Shown piece after piece: positions 1 to 6,117 of a DNA stretch of 8,282 nucleotides. The translations under genes and the position numbers were made by a program. The notes beneath the pieces are model-generated. The model had not been told where the DNA came from and ran no database searches. It saw only the letters and a program-made list of their open reading frames with translations. How positions within the stretch are numbered: the stretch's first letter is position 1; every line of letters starts with the position of its first letter. Source of the DNA: a virus (taxonomy: Duplodnaviria > Heunggongvirae > Uroviricota > Caudoviricetes); IMG/VR virus record IMGVR_UViG_3300028481_000082, positions 1 to 8,282 of that record; one strand, written 5' to 3'.

Positions 1-1101
1 ATTGAATCCGTTCGTAAAGGCATGGGATTCATTGATGAAGAGCAGCGTAATTCTATCGGCACCTTAGCGGCTGGCGCACGCCTTGCGTCATCGTCTCCAG
101 AAGCAATGCAATCATGGCTGCAAAACAACGCCAAGGAACTGACTCGCGTCGGTGTTGACCCTAACAGCGTTGCTCAGATGTATCAGCAGAATCCTTCAGG
201 ATTTGGTGAGTTTGTTGATCACCTTGGGATGGCTGCTCTTGGTCCGATTGATTACTTCAATGTTCAGGACAAGATGGCTGGTCGTGAAATTGACCGAGGC
301 AGACTGGCAGAGACAATCCGCAGCAATCAGGCTGGTGAAGCACTTCAGGCGAGAGGGCAAAACCTTTCCTATCAGTCAGCAATGACTGGGCACAATATCG
401 CAGCACAACGCTTGGCTCTGGATCAGCAAGAGTTTGGGTTTAAGATGCAGCAAGCGCAGGAAAAGGCTCAGCAGTTGATTAGTGAAGCACCTAAGCTGTC
501 AGTAAACATGGAAAAAGGCATCGAGACGGCTGTAAACAATGCCACAGCATCATCAAACTCAGCCAATTCTATGAGTGCGCTTGCTCAACAGTTCAGAGCA
601 GAAAAACCAACGACAGGTTTGTTCGGTAACGCACAGAACATGTTCGCAAAACTTACCGGAAGCGATACGACATTGCGTGATTTGCGCATCCGCCAAAATG
701 CCCTTGTTAACAGTCAGGTTCTTAAATTCCTACCTCCCGGCCCAGCAACGGATAAAGACGTTGAGATCGTTCGACAGGGTGCGCCAACTGACATGGATAA
801 CCCTGAGACGGTCGCAAGATGGCTTGATGCAATGGCAAACCTTGAGCGACGAAACGCGCAGTTTAATGAGTTTAAAGCCGAGTGGATGAGCGCGAATGGC
901 AACCCTGGACAATCGCGTAATGGCGGTCAGATATTGGGGTTGGATGTTAAAAAAGGTGAATCATTGGGGAGTGCCGTTAAGCGGTATATGTCAATGAATA
1001 CTGACGCAGCACCAGCGCAAGATTCGACACCTTCAGGAGAAACACCGAATCAGGTTGGATCATATACCTCAAAATCAGGCATTCAATTTACGGTGGAATG
1101 A
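1..1101 (+). CDS. Ejection (DNA-transfer) protein, P22 gp20-like; 5'-partial, C-terminal ~366 aa, start lies upstream of the window
   Basis: Frame is open from base 1 through the first in-window Met at 22 to TGA at 1099-1101. It sits immediately upstream of, and overlaps by 4 nt, the gp16-like gene, matching the P22 order 7-20-16. Gln/Ala/Asn-rich, low-complexity composition is typical of podovirus ejection proteins. Identity is by synteny and composition, not by alignment. Confidence 0.75.
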   Translation: MESVRKGMGFIDEEQRNSIGTLAAGARLASSSPEAMQSWLQNNAKELTRVGVDPNSVAQMYQQNPSGFGEFVDHLGMAALGPIDYFNVQDKMAGREIDRGRLAETIRSNQAGEALQARGQNLSYQSAMTGHNIAAQRLALDQQEFGFKMQQAQEKAQQLISEAPKLSVNMEKGIETAVNNATASSNSANSMSALAQQFRAEKPTTGLFGNAQNMFAKLTGSDTTLRDLRIRQNALVNSQVLKFLPPGPATDKDVEIVRQGAPTDMDNPETVARWLDAMANLERRNAQFNEFKAEWMSANGNPGQSRNGGQILGLDVKKGESLGSAVKRYMSMNTDAAPAQDSTPSGETPNQVGSYTSKSGIQFTVE

Positions 1102-2939
1102 TGAAAGTAACTGCAAACGGTAAGACATTTACCTTCCCTGATGGTACGAGCACGGAAGATATTGGATCTGCCATTGATGAGTATTTTGCTGGACAGTCTG
1201 TTCAGCAACAAACTGTCAGCCAGGATAGCAATGAACCAGCACGTGAAGAACCATCATTGATGCAACAAGCTGGCGATTGGCTCACTGGTGGTCAAAGTGC
1301 AGGGCAAATTGCAGAACAGGCTGGTCGTGGTCTGGTAAACATACCATTTGACGTATTGCAGGGTGGCGCAAGTCTGATTAATGCAATCAGTCAGGGGCTT
1401 GGTGGTCCAAAAGTATTGGATGATGTCTATCGTCCAGTCGATCGACCGACAGACCCTTATGCGCAAACTGGAGAAACAATTGGCGGGTATTTAGTTCCAG
1501 GAGTTGGAACGGCAGGAAGCATGGCTATTGGATCACTGGCAGAGGCCGCAAATCAGAAAGGCGATTTCGCACAAAATGCAGCAAAAAATGCCGGAGTTAA
1601 CCTTGCCGCTCAGGGGGTTCTTTCCGCAGCAGCAAAGGGAATAGGGCGTGGAATAACGGCTATAAAAGGTGATATTGCGCCAGAAGTAGCGAAGAAAATT
1701 GCCACATCAGAATCGATGGGCGTGACACCAATGACATCTGATGTTATCCCGCCGAAAAATGCTTTCACTCGCGGCCTTACTCAGGATGCCGAGGGGGCTT
1801 TGCTCGGGACAGGCTCAAAGCGAGCGGAGCAATATGCAACGCGTAGTAAGCTGGTAAGCAATTATTTTGACCGTTTTGGTGAGTACAACCCTGATGATGT
1901 GGTGAAATCTCTGACCACCACGTTAAGGGGGAGGAAGGATGCCGCTGGCGCTGTTATCAATGACGTCACCAATAAAATGGGTAATGCCGCAGTTGATACC
2001 ACAAATACCATGAATGCTCTGAATACAGCGATCGCAAGACAGGAACGGCTTGGGACGTCTGCCAATCAAAGCCTGCTTACATCCTTGCGTAACCTACGTG
2101 AAGAATTAGCAAACCCTGCAACTGATTTGGATGTTACGTTTGATCTCTTGCGTCAGCACAGAACAGCATTTAGATCTAATGTTCAGGGAGATGCTATGGT
2201 CTTCCCCAACCAGGCAAAAGCAGCTACCAATATGGTAGAGAATGCAATGTCAAAAGACCTTCGTAACGCAGTTGCAAAAAACCTCGGTGCGTCAGACGCA
2301 GCAAAATACCTTAAAGCAAATTCCGATTATGCAAACGTTTATAATAAGGTGCTTAATAAAAACATTGCCAACAAGCTCAACAAGGCAAGCAGTGAAGCCA
2401 GTCCTGAACTTATAAATACCGTTGTATTAAGCAGAAAACCATCTGACGTGAAACGAATCTGGAGCGCACTGGATGATAAGGGGAAAGATGCTATGCGTGC
2501 AGCTTACGTCAGCAAAATAGCGGAAAAGGCCGGGGACTCTCCAGCCAAGTTCATCACTGAAGTTAATAAGCTGAAATCTCAGTCAGGCGGTGAAATTTAC
2601 AACACTATTTTTTCTGGAAAGCACATGAAAGAGCTTGATGCTCTTCATGAAGTTCTACAGCAAACAGCAAGGTCAGACACCGCAAATGTAGTAACTCAGA
2701 CGGGGCAATCGCAAGCCAACAGGATAAGGACGATTGGCGCAACTGCGACCCTTGGCGTATCAATGGGGCTTGAGGCTGGTTTTGGTGCAATGATGCGCTT
2801 GTATGAGTCTAAAGCAGCAAGAAACATGCTTCTCCGCCTTGCAAACGTCAAGCCTGGAACTCCGGCATATGAGCGAGCGTTAAATCAGGCTGCTAACGCC
2901 GTTCGCCCTCTCCTAACTAACGAAGCTACCAGGCAGTAG
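1098..2939 (+). CDS. Ejection (DNA-transfer) protein, P22 gp16-like, 612-613 aa
   Basis: Long ORF with ATG at 1098 overlapping the upstream stop as ATGA; an alternative start is the ATG at 1101. N-terminus [16 protein letters not shown] matches my recollection of the P22 gp16 N-terminus (MKVTANGK...), and the size is close to P22 gp16 (~609 aa). GGTGG lies at 1092-1096. Position between the gp20-like gene and the immunity region fits. Confidence 0.85.
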   Translation: MMKVTANGKTFTFPDGTSTEDIGSAIDEYFAGQSVQQQTVSQDSNEPAREEPSLMQQAGDWLTGGQSAGQIAEQAGRGLVNIPFDVLQGGASLINAISQGLGGPKVLDDVYRPVDRPTDPYAQTGETIGGYLVPGVGTAGSMAIGSLAEAANQKGDFAQNAAKNAGVNLAAQGVLSAAAKGIGRGITAIKGDIAPEVAKKIATSESMGVTPMTSDVIPPKNAFTRGLTQDAEGALLGTGSKRAEQYATRSKLVSNYFDRFGEYNPDDVVKSLTTTLRGRKDAAGAVINDVTNKMGNAAVDTTNTMNALNTAIARQERLGTSANQSLLTSLRNLREELANPATDLDVTFDLLRQHRTAFRSNVQGDAMVFPNQAKAATNMVENAMSKDLRNAVAKNLGASDAAKYLKANSDYANVYNKVLNKNIANKLNKASSEASPELINTVVLSRKPSDVKRIWSALDDKGKDAMRAAYVSKIAEKAGDSPAKFITEVNKLKSQSGGEIYNTIFSGKHMKELDALHEVLQQTARSDTANVVTQTGQSQANRIRTIGATATLGVSMGLEAGFGAMMRLYESKAARNMLLRLANVKPGTPAYERALNQAANAVRPLLTNEATRQ

Positions 2940-2958
2940 AAATGAACGCCAAGGAAGG

Positions 2959-3288
2959 CTATTTAATTCTCTTTTCAATGGCTGCAATTATTGCTTTTCC
3001 TGATGTTTCAGGAGATTTTGTAGCCATATAAGACGAAAAAATCATGTCGGTCATTCTTTCATAACTTACTATTTCCCACTTAGCCAATGCATGGGACAGT
3101 TTGTAGTTGTCATCAGTTAGTGCCCTTATGGAATTTTTTAAGTGTTTATTCTCTTCAGTTAATCGCGCAATTTTTGTATCAATTTCATGTGAGCGATCTA
3201 ATTCCTTAACCTGTTTCTTGAGGGCAGCTAACCCTGCATATAGTACGCAACAGGATATCCCAAGAGCGAGTACTACTATTTCTAACAC
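2959..3288 (-). CDS. Hypothetical small membrane-anchored coiled-coil protein (109 aa); accessory/moron gene, possible superinfection-exclusion or defence-associated function
   Basis: Minus-strand ORF with GTG start at 3288 preceded by a strong AAGGAGG Shine-Dalgarno (plus-strand CCTCCTT at 3294-3300, 5-nt spacer). Stop TAG is at 2959-2961. N-terminal 22 aa are hydrophobic (LEIVVLALGISCCVLYAGLAAL), followed by a K/E-rich heptad-like segment (KQVKELDRSHEIDTKIARLTEENKHLKNSIRAL). It is AT-rich relative to the flanking structural genes and convergent with gp16. Function is inference only. Confidence 0.65.
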   Translation of the reverse strand: MLEIVVLALGISCCVLYAGLAALKKQVKELDRSHEIDTKIARLTEENKHLKNSIRALTDDNYKLSHALAKWEIVSYERMTDMIFSSYMATKSPETSGKAIIAAIEKRIK

Positions 3289-3662
3289 ACCAACCTCCTT
3301 AGTTTTTCGCAGGATACCAGATGATACTTTATTGGTGGAGTGGTGTGTGAAAACGTGTCAACGACAAACCATCCACAACTTGGACGAATGATTTAGCAAA
3401 AAGTGCTATTTTTGGTGTTTGGTGTCATAGAAAAGTGAATAGCTCACTTTTCAACATTGCATGAAACTTGCAGGAAATGTGACATTACCTTATAGGTAAC
3501 TTCGGCGAAAATGCAGTAAATGTGAAACGTAATGGTTTAAACATGTCGCTAAAGTGGTTGTAAGTTAGCCTCCGAAGGATTGCTGATAGCTTTGTTATAG
3601 TATTAAATGACATTTGACATAGTTGGATACTTAGCTGTGGCTATCAAGATGGAGGTGTGTTC
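3289..3662. promoter_or_regulatory. AT-rich divergent intergenic control region with several dyad symmetries (candidate operators and promoters for both the minus-strand 109-aa gene and the plus-strand Panacea-like operon)
   Basis: 374 bp non-coding and AT-rich. Perfect 9-bp inverted repeat GAAAAGTGA-n5-TCACTTTTC at 3430-3452. Palindrome AATGT-g-ACATT at 3476-3486. Inverted repeat TTACC-ttata-GGTAA at 3485-3499. Palindrome AAATG-a-CATTT at 3605-3615, overlapping a consensus TTGACA hexamer at 3614-3619. GGAGG Shine-Dalgarno at 3651-3655. Exact -10 elements and transcription start sites are not resolvable by eye. Confidence 0.45.
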
Positions 3663-4106
3663 ATGCTTACTTGTTTTGATGTCGCCGACTACTTCCTGTC
3701 GCGGTGTGACGAGGATAGCGGTGACACAATCTCTAATTTAAAATTACAAAAGCTTGTTTACTATGCTCAGGGTTTTTCATTGGCGTTGCTTGGCGAGCCT
3801 CTTTTTCAGAATAAGATGGAAGCTTGGATGCATGGCCCTGTTGTCCCTGAGCTTTATCGCCGTTATAAACAATATGGTAATGGCGCTATCCCTTCTCCAG
3901 AGTCTTTTGATGCTGAAAAATTCAGCGAAGAACAGTTAGAGCTATTAGAAGAAGTCTGGGATGTTTTTGGGCAATTTTCTGCCTGGAAACTGAGGAACAT
4001 GACACACGAAGAGTCACCATGGAGATCAAACTATATTGAGGGTGTTGGTGGTTCTGAAATTAGCTCTAAGGAGATGGCAGAGTACTTTGCAACTCGGATT
4101 AACTAA
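3663..4106 (+). CDS. Panacea-domain (DUF4065 / GepA / SocA-like) protein, 147 aa; putative antitoxin or defence-system component
   Basis: ATG at 3663 with GGAGG 7 nt upstream. The track start at 3657 is an in-frame GTG only 1 nt from the SD, so 3663 is preferred. The protein carries motifs I associate with the DUF4065/Panacea family: SNLKLQKLVYYAQGFSLALLGEPLF and EAWMHGPVVPELYRRYKQYG. The family call is from memory of its consensus, not a search. Confidence 0.6.
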   Translation: MLTCFDVADYFLSRCDEDSGDTISNLKLQKLVYYAQGFSLALLGEPLFQNKMEAWMHGPVVPELYRRYKQYGNGAIPSPESFDAEKFSEEQLELLEEVWDVFGQFSAWKLRNMTHEESPWRSNYIEGVGGSEISSKEMAEYFATRIN

Positions 4107-4110
4107 CGAG

Positions 4111-4530
4111 ATGGCAAGAAAATCTAAAAGGATTATCCCCCCTGCTGAATCTACAGGTAAGTTAAAGTTAGGGCCGCAGTCAGGGGGGAATTCAGATCAA
4201 AAGAAACCGAAATTTTCATTCTGTTACATCCAAAGCTCTCACTGCATAACGAAATGCCAAAAAGATGAGAAAGCTGGCTTAGCTGATAAATTATACAGAT
4301 TAAGTCAACTAACATGGGCAGAGATTAAGCAGCAAGGTAGGCATAAGCTTGGATTTGAGAAGATTGCAAGGGGTGCAATTAAAGCAGGTATCCCCAGTCA
4401 TATAACGGAAGACGTAGATCATTTCTTGGCTTTTAGATTTGATGATTTGAAAGCCATGGTTGGTTATCGTCTTGGATCGACATTTTTTGTTATATGGCTT
4501 GATAGAGAGTTCAACCTATACAAGCACTAA
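4111..4530 (+). CDS. Hypothetical basic 139-aa protein translationally coupled to the Panacea-like gene; candidate toxin or effector partner, family unknown
   Basis: ATG at 4111 lies 4 nt after the upstream stop (TAA 4104-4106) with no strong independent SD, which suggests coupling. The longer track ORF from 4036 starts inside the upstream gene in another frame and is not favoured. Basic N-terminus (MARKSKRIIPP), Cys/His cluster (FCYIQSSHCITKC), and a beta-rich C-terminus (GYRLGSTFFVIWLDREFNLYKH). Followed directly by a terminator. Confidence 0.6.
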   Translation: MARKSKRIIPPAESTGKLKLGPQSGGNSDQKKPKFSFCYIQSSHCITKCQKDEKAGLADKLYRLSQLTWAEIKQQGRHKLGFEKIARGAIKAGIPSHITEDVDHFLAFRFDDLKAMVGYRLGSTFFVIWLDREFNLYKH

Positions 4531-4531
4531 T

Positions 4532-4557
4532 AAAACCCACCGTCAGGTGGGTTTTTT
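4532..4557. terminator. Bidirectional rho-independent terminator between the accessory operon (+) and mnt (-)
   Basis: Stem AAAACCCACC (4532-4541), loop GTCA (4542-4545), stem GGTGGGTTTT (4546-4555), followed by TT on the plus strand. The reverse complement also gives a hairpin followed by a U-run. The mnt stop codon (TGA, plus-strand TCA at 4543-4545) sits in the loop. Confidence 0.75.
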
Positions 4558-4794
4558 GTACAAATCCTTCAGCGTATCAAACACCATCTTCTTAACAAGA
4601 TCTGACTGCTCATCAGCGAGTCGTTCTGCATCGTCACGATATCCAGTCACAGGCGATGGTTTTGATAGAGCATCTTGGACGATTTGTAACAACTCGGAGT
4701 TCATTGATCTCCCATTCGCCTCCGCCCTGAATTTTAATTTCTCCCTTACTTCCATAGGCATACGGAAGTTAAAGTGCGGATCATCTCTAGCCAT
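4543..4794 (-). CDS. mnt: Mnt repressor (ribbon-helix-helix, Arc/MetJ family), maintenance-of-lysogeny repressor of Pant, 83 aa
   Basis: The 83-aa product MARDDPHFNFRMPMEVREKLKFRAEANGRSMNSELLQIVQDALSKPSPVTGYRDDAERLADEQSDLVKK... matches my recollection of P22 Mnt almost residue for residue. ATG at 4792-4794 with GGAGTG SD on the minus strand. Located next to its palindromic operator and divergent from arc. Confidence 0.93.
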   Translation of the reverse strand: MARDDPHFNFRMPMEVREKLKFRAEANGRSMNSELLQIVQDALSKPSPVTGYRDDAERLADEQSDLVKKMVFDTLKDLYKKPT

Positions 4795-4816
4795 GCCATC
4801 ACTCCAAGTTAGTGTA

Positions 4817-4845
4817 TTGACATGATAGAAGCACTCTACTATATT
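4817..4845 (+). promoter_or_regulatory. Pant promoter (rightward; drives arc-ant)
   Basis: -35 TTGACA at 4817-4822, 17-bp spacer, -10 TATATT at 4840-4845. The Arc operator lies in the spacer and the Mnt operator just downstream over the predicted start site, as in P22 immI. Confidence 0.8.
4822..4842. promoter_or_regulatory. Arc operator (Oarc), 21 bp
   Basis: ATGATAGAAGCACTCTACTAT at 4822-4842, identical to the P22 arc operator sequence as I remember it (TAGA/TCTA half-sites), positioned between -35 and -10 of Pant. Confidence 0.85.
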
Positions 4846-4850
4846 CTCAA
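4822..4850 (-). promoter_or_regulatory. Pmnt promoter (leftward; drives mnt), overlapping Pant
   Basis: On the minus strand: -35 TTGAGA (plus coordinates 4845-4850), 17-bp spacer, -10 TATCAT (plus coordinates 4822-4827). Divergent and overlapping with Pant, consistent with the known P22 arrangement. Confidence 0.65.
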
Positions 4851-4870
4851 TAGGTCCACGGTGGACCTAT
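4850..4870. promoter_or_regulatory. Mnt operator (Omnt), perfect 21-bp palindrome
   Basis: ATAGGTCCACGGTGGACCTAT at 4850-4870 is perfectly self-complementary around 4860 and contains the symmetric AGGTCCACGGTGGACCT core I recall as the P22 Mnt operator. It overlaps the predicted Pant start site. Confidence 0.85.
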
Positions 4871-4884
4871 ATTGTGAGGTGAAT

Positions 4885-5046
4885 ATGAAAGGAATGAGCA
4901 AGATGCCGCAGTTCAATTTGCGGTGGCCTAAAGAAGTATTGGATTTGGTACGCAAGGTGGCGGAAGAGAATGGTCGGTCTGTTAACTCTGAGATTTATCA
5001 GAGAGTAATGGAAAGCTTTAAGAAGGAAGGGCGCATTGGCGCGTAA
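4885..5046 (+). CDS. arc: Arc repressor (ribbon-helix-helix), 53 aa
   Basis: ATG at 4885 with GAGGTG SD. Product [53 protein letters not shown] matches P22 Arc as I remember it, including the 53-aa length. The longer track ORF from 4822 would run through the operators and is rejected. Confidence 0.93.
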   Translation: MKGMSKMPQFNLRWPKEVLDLVRKVAEENGRSVNSEIYQRVMESFKKEGRIGA

Positions 5047-5113
5047 AGTGGAAGCCCCAACTGCGGGAACAGTCAGGGCTTCGGTTGTCAGTAAATCCGT
5101 GGAGAAAAACCAA
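5045..5113 (-). ncRNA. sar: sar-like small antisense RNA (~68 nt) complementary to the ant ribosome-binding site and the arc-ant intercistronic region
   Basis: P22 is known to make a 68-69 nt antisense RNA (sar) from a promoter inside the 5' end of ant. Here the minus strand has a TATACT -10 (plus coordinates 5121-5126). A transcript starting near 5113 would cover the ant ATG (5115) and GGAG (5101-5104) and contain a stable hairpin (GAAGCCC...GGGCTTC, 5051-5082) followed by CACUUU. Coordinates are approximate and inferred. Confidence 0.5.
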
Positions 5114-5114
5114 C

Positions 5115-6017
5115 ATGAATAGTATAGCAATTTTAGAAGCAGTGAACACCTCTTACGTACCATTCAACGGTCAGCAAATTATCACCGCCATGGCTGCCGG
5201 AGTTGCATACGTTGCGATGAAGCCAATCGTTGAAAACCTTGGAATGAGTTGGGGTACTCAGCAACAAAAACTTATGAAACAACTAGATAAGTTCAACTGT
5301 ATTCATATGAATATGGTTGCCGCTGATGGGAAGCTTCGTAAGCTACTCTGCCTTCCTTTGAAGAAGTTAAATGGATGGCTGTTCAGCATCAACCCTGAGA
5401 AAGTTCGAGCTGACATCCGCGATAAACTGATTCAGTACCAGGAAGAATGCTTTACTGTACTGCATGACTACTGGACAAAGGGAAAGGCAGAAAATGCACG
5501 TAAGAAAACATCTGTTGATGACAGGACTCCGCTTCGTGATGCTGTAAATATGCTAGTCAGCAAAAAGCATCTAATGTACCCAGAAGCTTACGCAATGATT
5601 CATCAGCGTTTCAATGTGGAAAGTATTGAAGAGCTTGATGCATCTCAGATACCGCAAGCCGTAGAGTACATCCACAGGGTAGTGCTTGAAGGTGAGTTCA
5701 TCGGCAAACAAGAGAAGAAAACCAACGAGCTTTCTGCAAAAGAAGCAAGCAGCCTTGTATGGCTATGGGATTATGCCAACCGCTCACAGGCATTATTCCG
5801 CGAACTGTATCCGGCGCTGAAACAAATTCAATCGAACTATTCCGGCAGATGTCATGACTGCGGTTATGAGTTCTCCCGTATTATCGATATAGCGAGAGAC
5901 GTTTTAATCAATCACTCACGAGATGTTGATATCAATGAGCCAGACGGACCAACGAATCTTTCCGCATGGATGAGACTTAAGAATAAAGAATTACCTCCTT
6001 CAGTACATAACTACTGA
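5115..6017 (+). CDS. ant: Antirepressor Ant, 300 aa
   Basis: ATG at 5115 with GGAG 10 nt upstream gives exactly 300 aa, the P22 Ant length. N-terminus [47 protein letters not shown] matches my recollection of P22 Ant. Directly downstream of arc in the immI arrangement. The track start at 5085 has no RBS. Confidence 0.9.
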   Translation: MNSIAILEAVNTSYVPFNGQQIITAMAAGVAYVAMKPIVENLGMSWGTQQQKLMKQLDKFNCIHMNMVAADGKLRKLLCLPLKKLNGWLFSINPEKVRADIRDKLIQYQEECFTVLHDYWTKGKAENARKKTSVDDRTPLRDAVNMLVSKKHLMYPEAYAMIHQRFNVESIEELDASQIPQAVEYIHRVVLEGEFIGKQEKKTNELSAKEASSLVWLWDYANRSQALFRELYPALKQIQSNYSGRCHDCGYEFSRIIDIARDVLINHSRDVDINEPDGPTNLSAWMRLKNKELPPSVHNY

Positions 6018-6036
6018 CAGATAACCAACGCAACGA

Positions 6037-6059
6037 CCCAGCTTCGGCTGGGTTTTTTT
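6037..6059 (+). terminator. Rho-independent terminator after ant
   Basis: Stem CCCAGC (6037-6042), loop TTCG, stem GCTGGG (6047-6052), followed by seven T (6053-6059). Confidence 0.8.
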
Positions 6060-6117
6060 ATGCCCAAAATTCACCGTAGCCATGCTGCGGCGATTCCTTG
6101 TATCTGGAGCAAATTAA

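Noticed and set aside
152-912. Short ORFs inside the gp20-like gene: 152-385 (+), 575-889 (+), 714-902 (-), 730-912 (-)
   Set aside because: All are fully embedded in, or antisense to, the long well-supported ejection-protein ORF. They have no RBS and odd composition, so they are most likely chance open frames.
1254-2790. Minus-strand ORFs 1254-1466, 1862-2065 and 2605-2790 inside the gp16-like gene
   Set aside because: Antisense to a long conserved structural gene with no start signals; they look like frame artefacts.
3107-3391. Plus-strand 94-aa ORF overlapping the minus-strand 109-aa gene
   Set aside because: It is antisense to the gene that has the strong AAGGAGG RBS, has no RBS of its own, and its product is low-complexity. 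The minus-strand gene is the better call, though this cannot be fully excluded without expression data.
3657-3662. GTG at 3657 as the start of the Panacea-like gene (as in the ORF track)
   Set aside because: The GGAGG Shine-Dalgarno ends at 3655, only 1 nt before this GTG. The ATG at 3663 has an ideal 7-nt spacing.
3754-3939. 61-aa plus-strand ORF inside the Panacea-like gene
   Set aside because: Out-of-frame internal ORF with no RBS, embedded in a gene that carries recognisable family motifs.
4036-4110. Longer 164-aa version of the downstream gene starting at ATG 4036
   Set aside because: That start lies inside the upstream gene in a different frame and adds a hydrophobic, low-plausibility extension. 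The ATG at 4111, 4 nt after the upstream stop, fits a coupled arrangement better.
4460-4825. 121-aa plus-strand ORF antisense to mnt
   Set aside because: It runs through the bidirectional terminator and antisense to the well-recognised mnt gene. It is Ser-rich and low-complexity, and looks like a frame artefact.
4822-4884. N-terminal extension of arc from ATG 4822 (74-aa version)
   Set aside because: It would be translated across the Arc and Mnt operators and the Pant start site. The ATG at 4885 has a GAGGTG RBS and gives the canonical 53-aa Arc.
5085-5114. Ant start at ATG 5085 (310-aa version)
   Set aside because: No RBS upstream. The ATG at 5115 has GGAG at the right spacing and gives the 300-aa length known for P22 Ant.
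4867-5163. 98-aa minus-strand ORF antisense to arc and the ant start
   Set aside because: It overlaps two well-supported genes in antisense. The minus-strand function in this region is better explained by the sar antisense RNA than by a protein.
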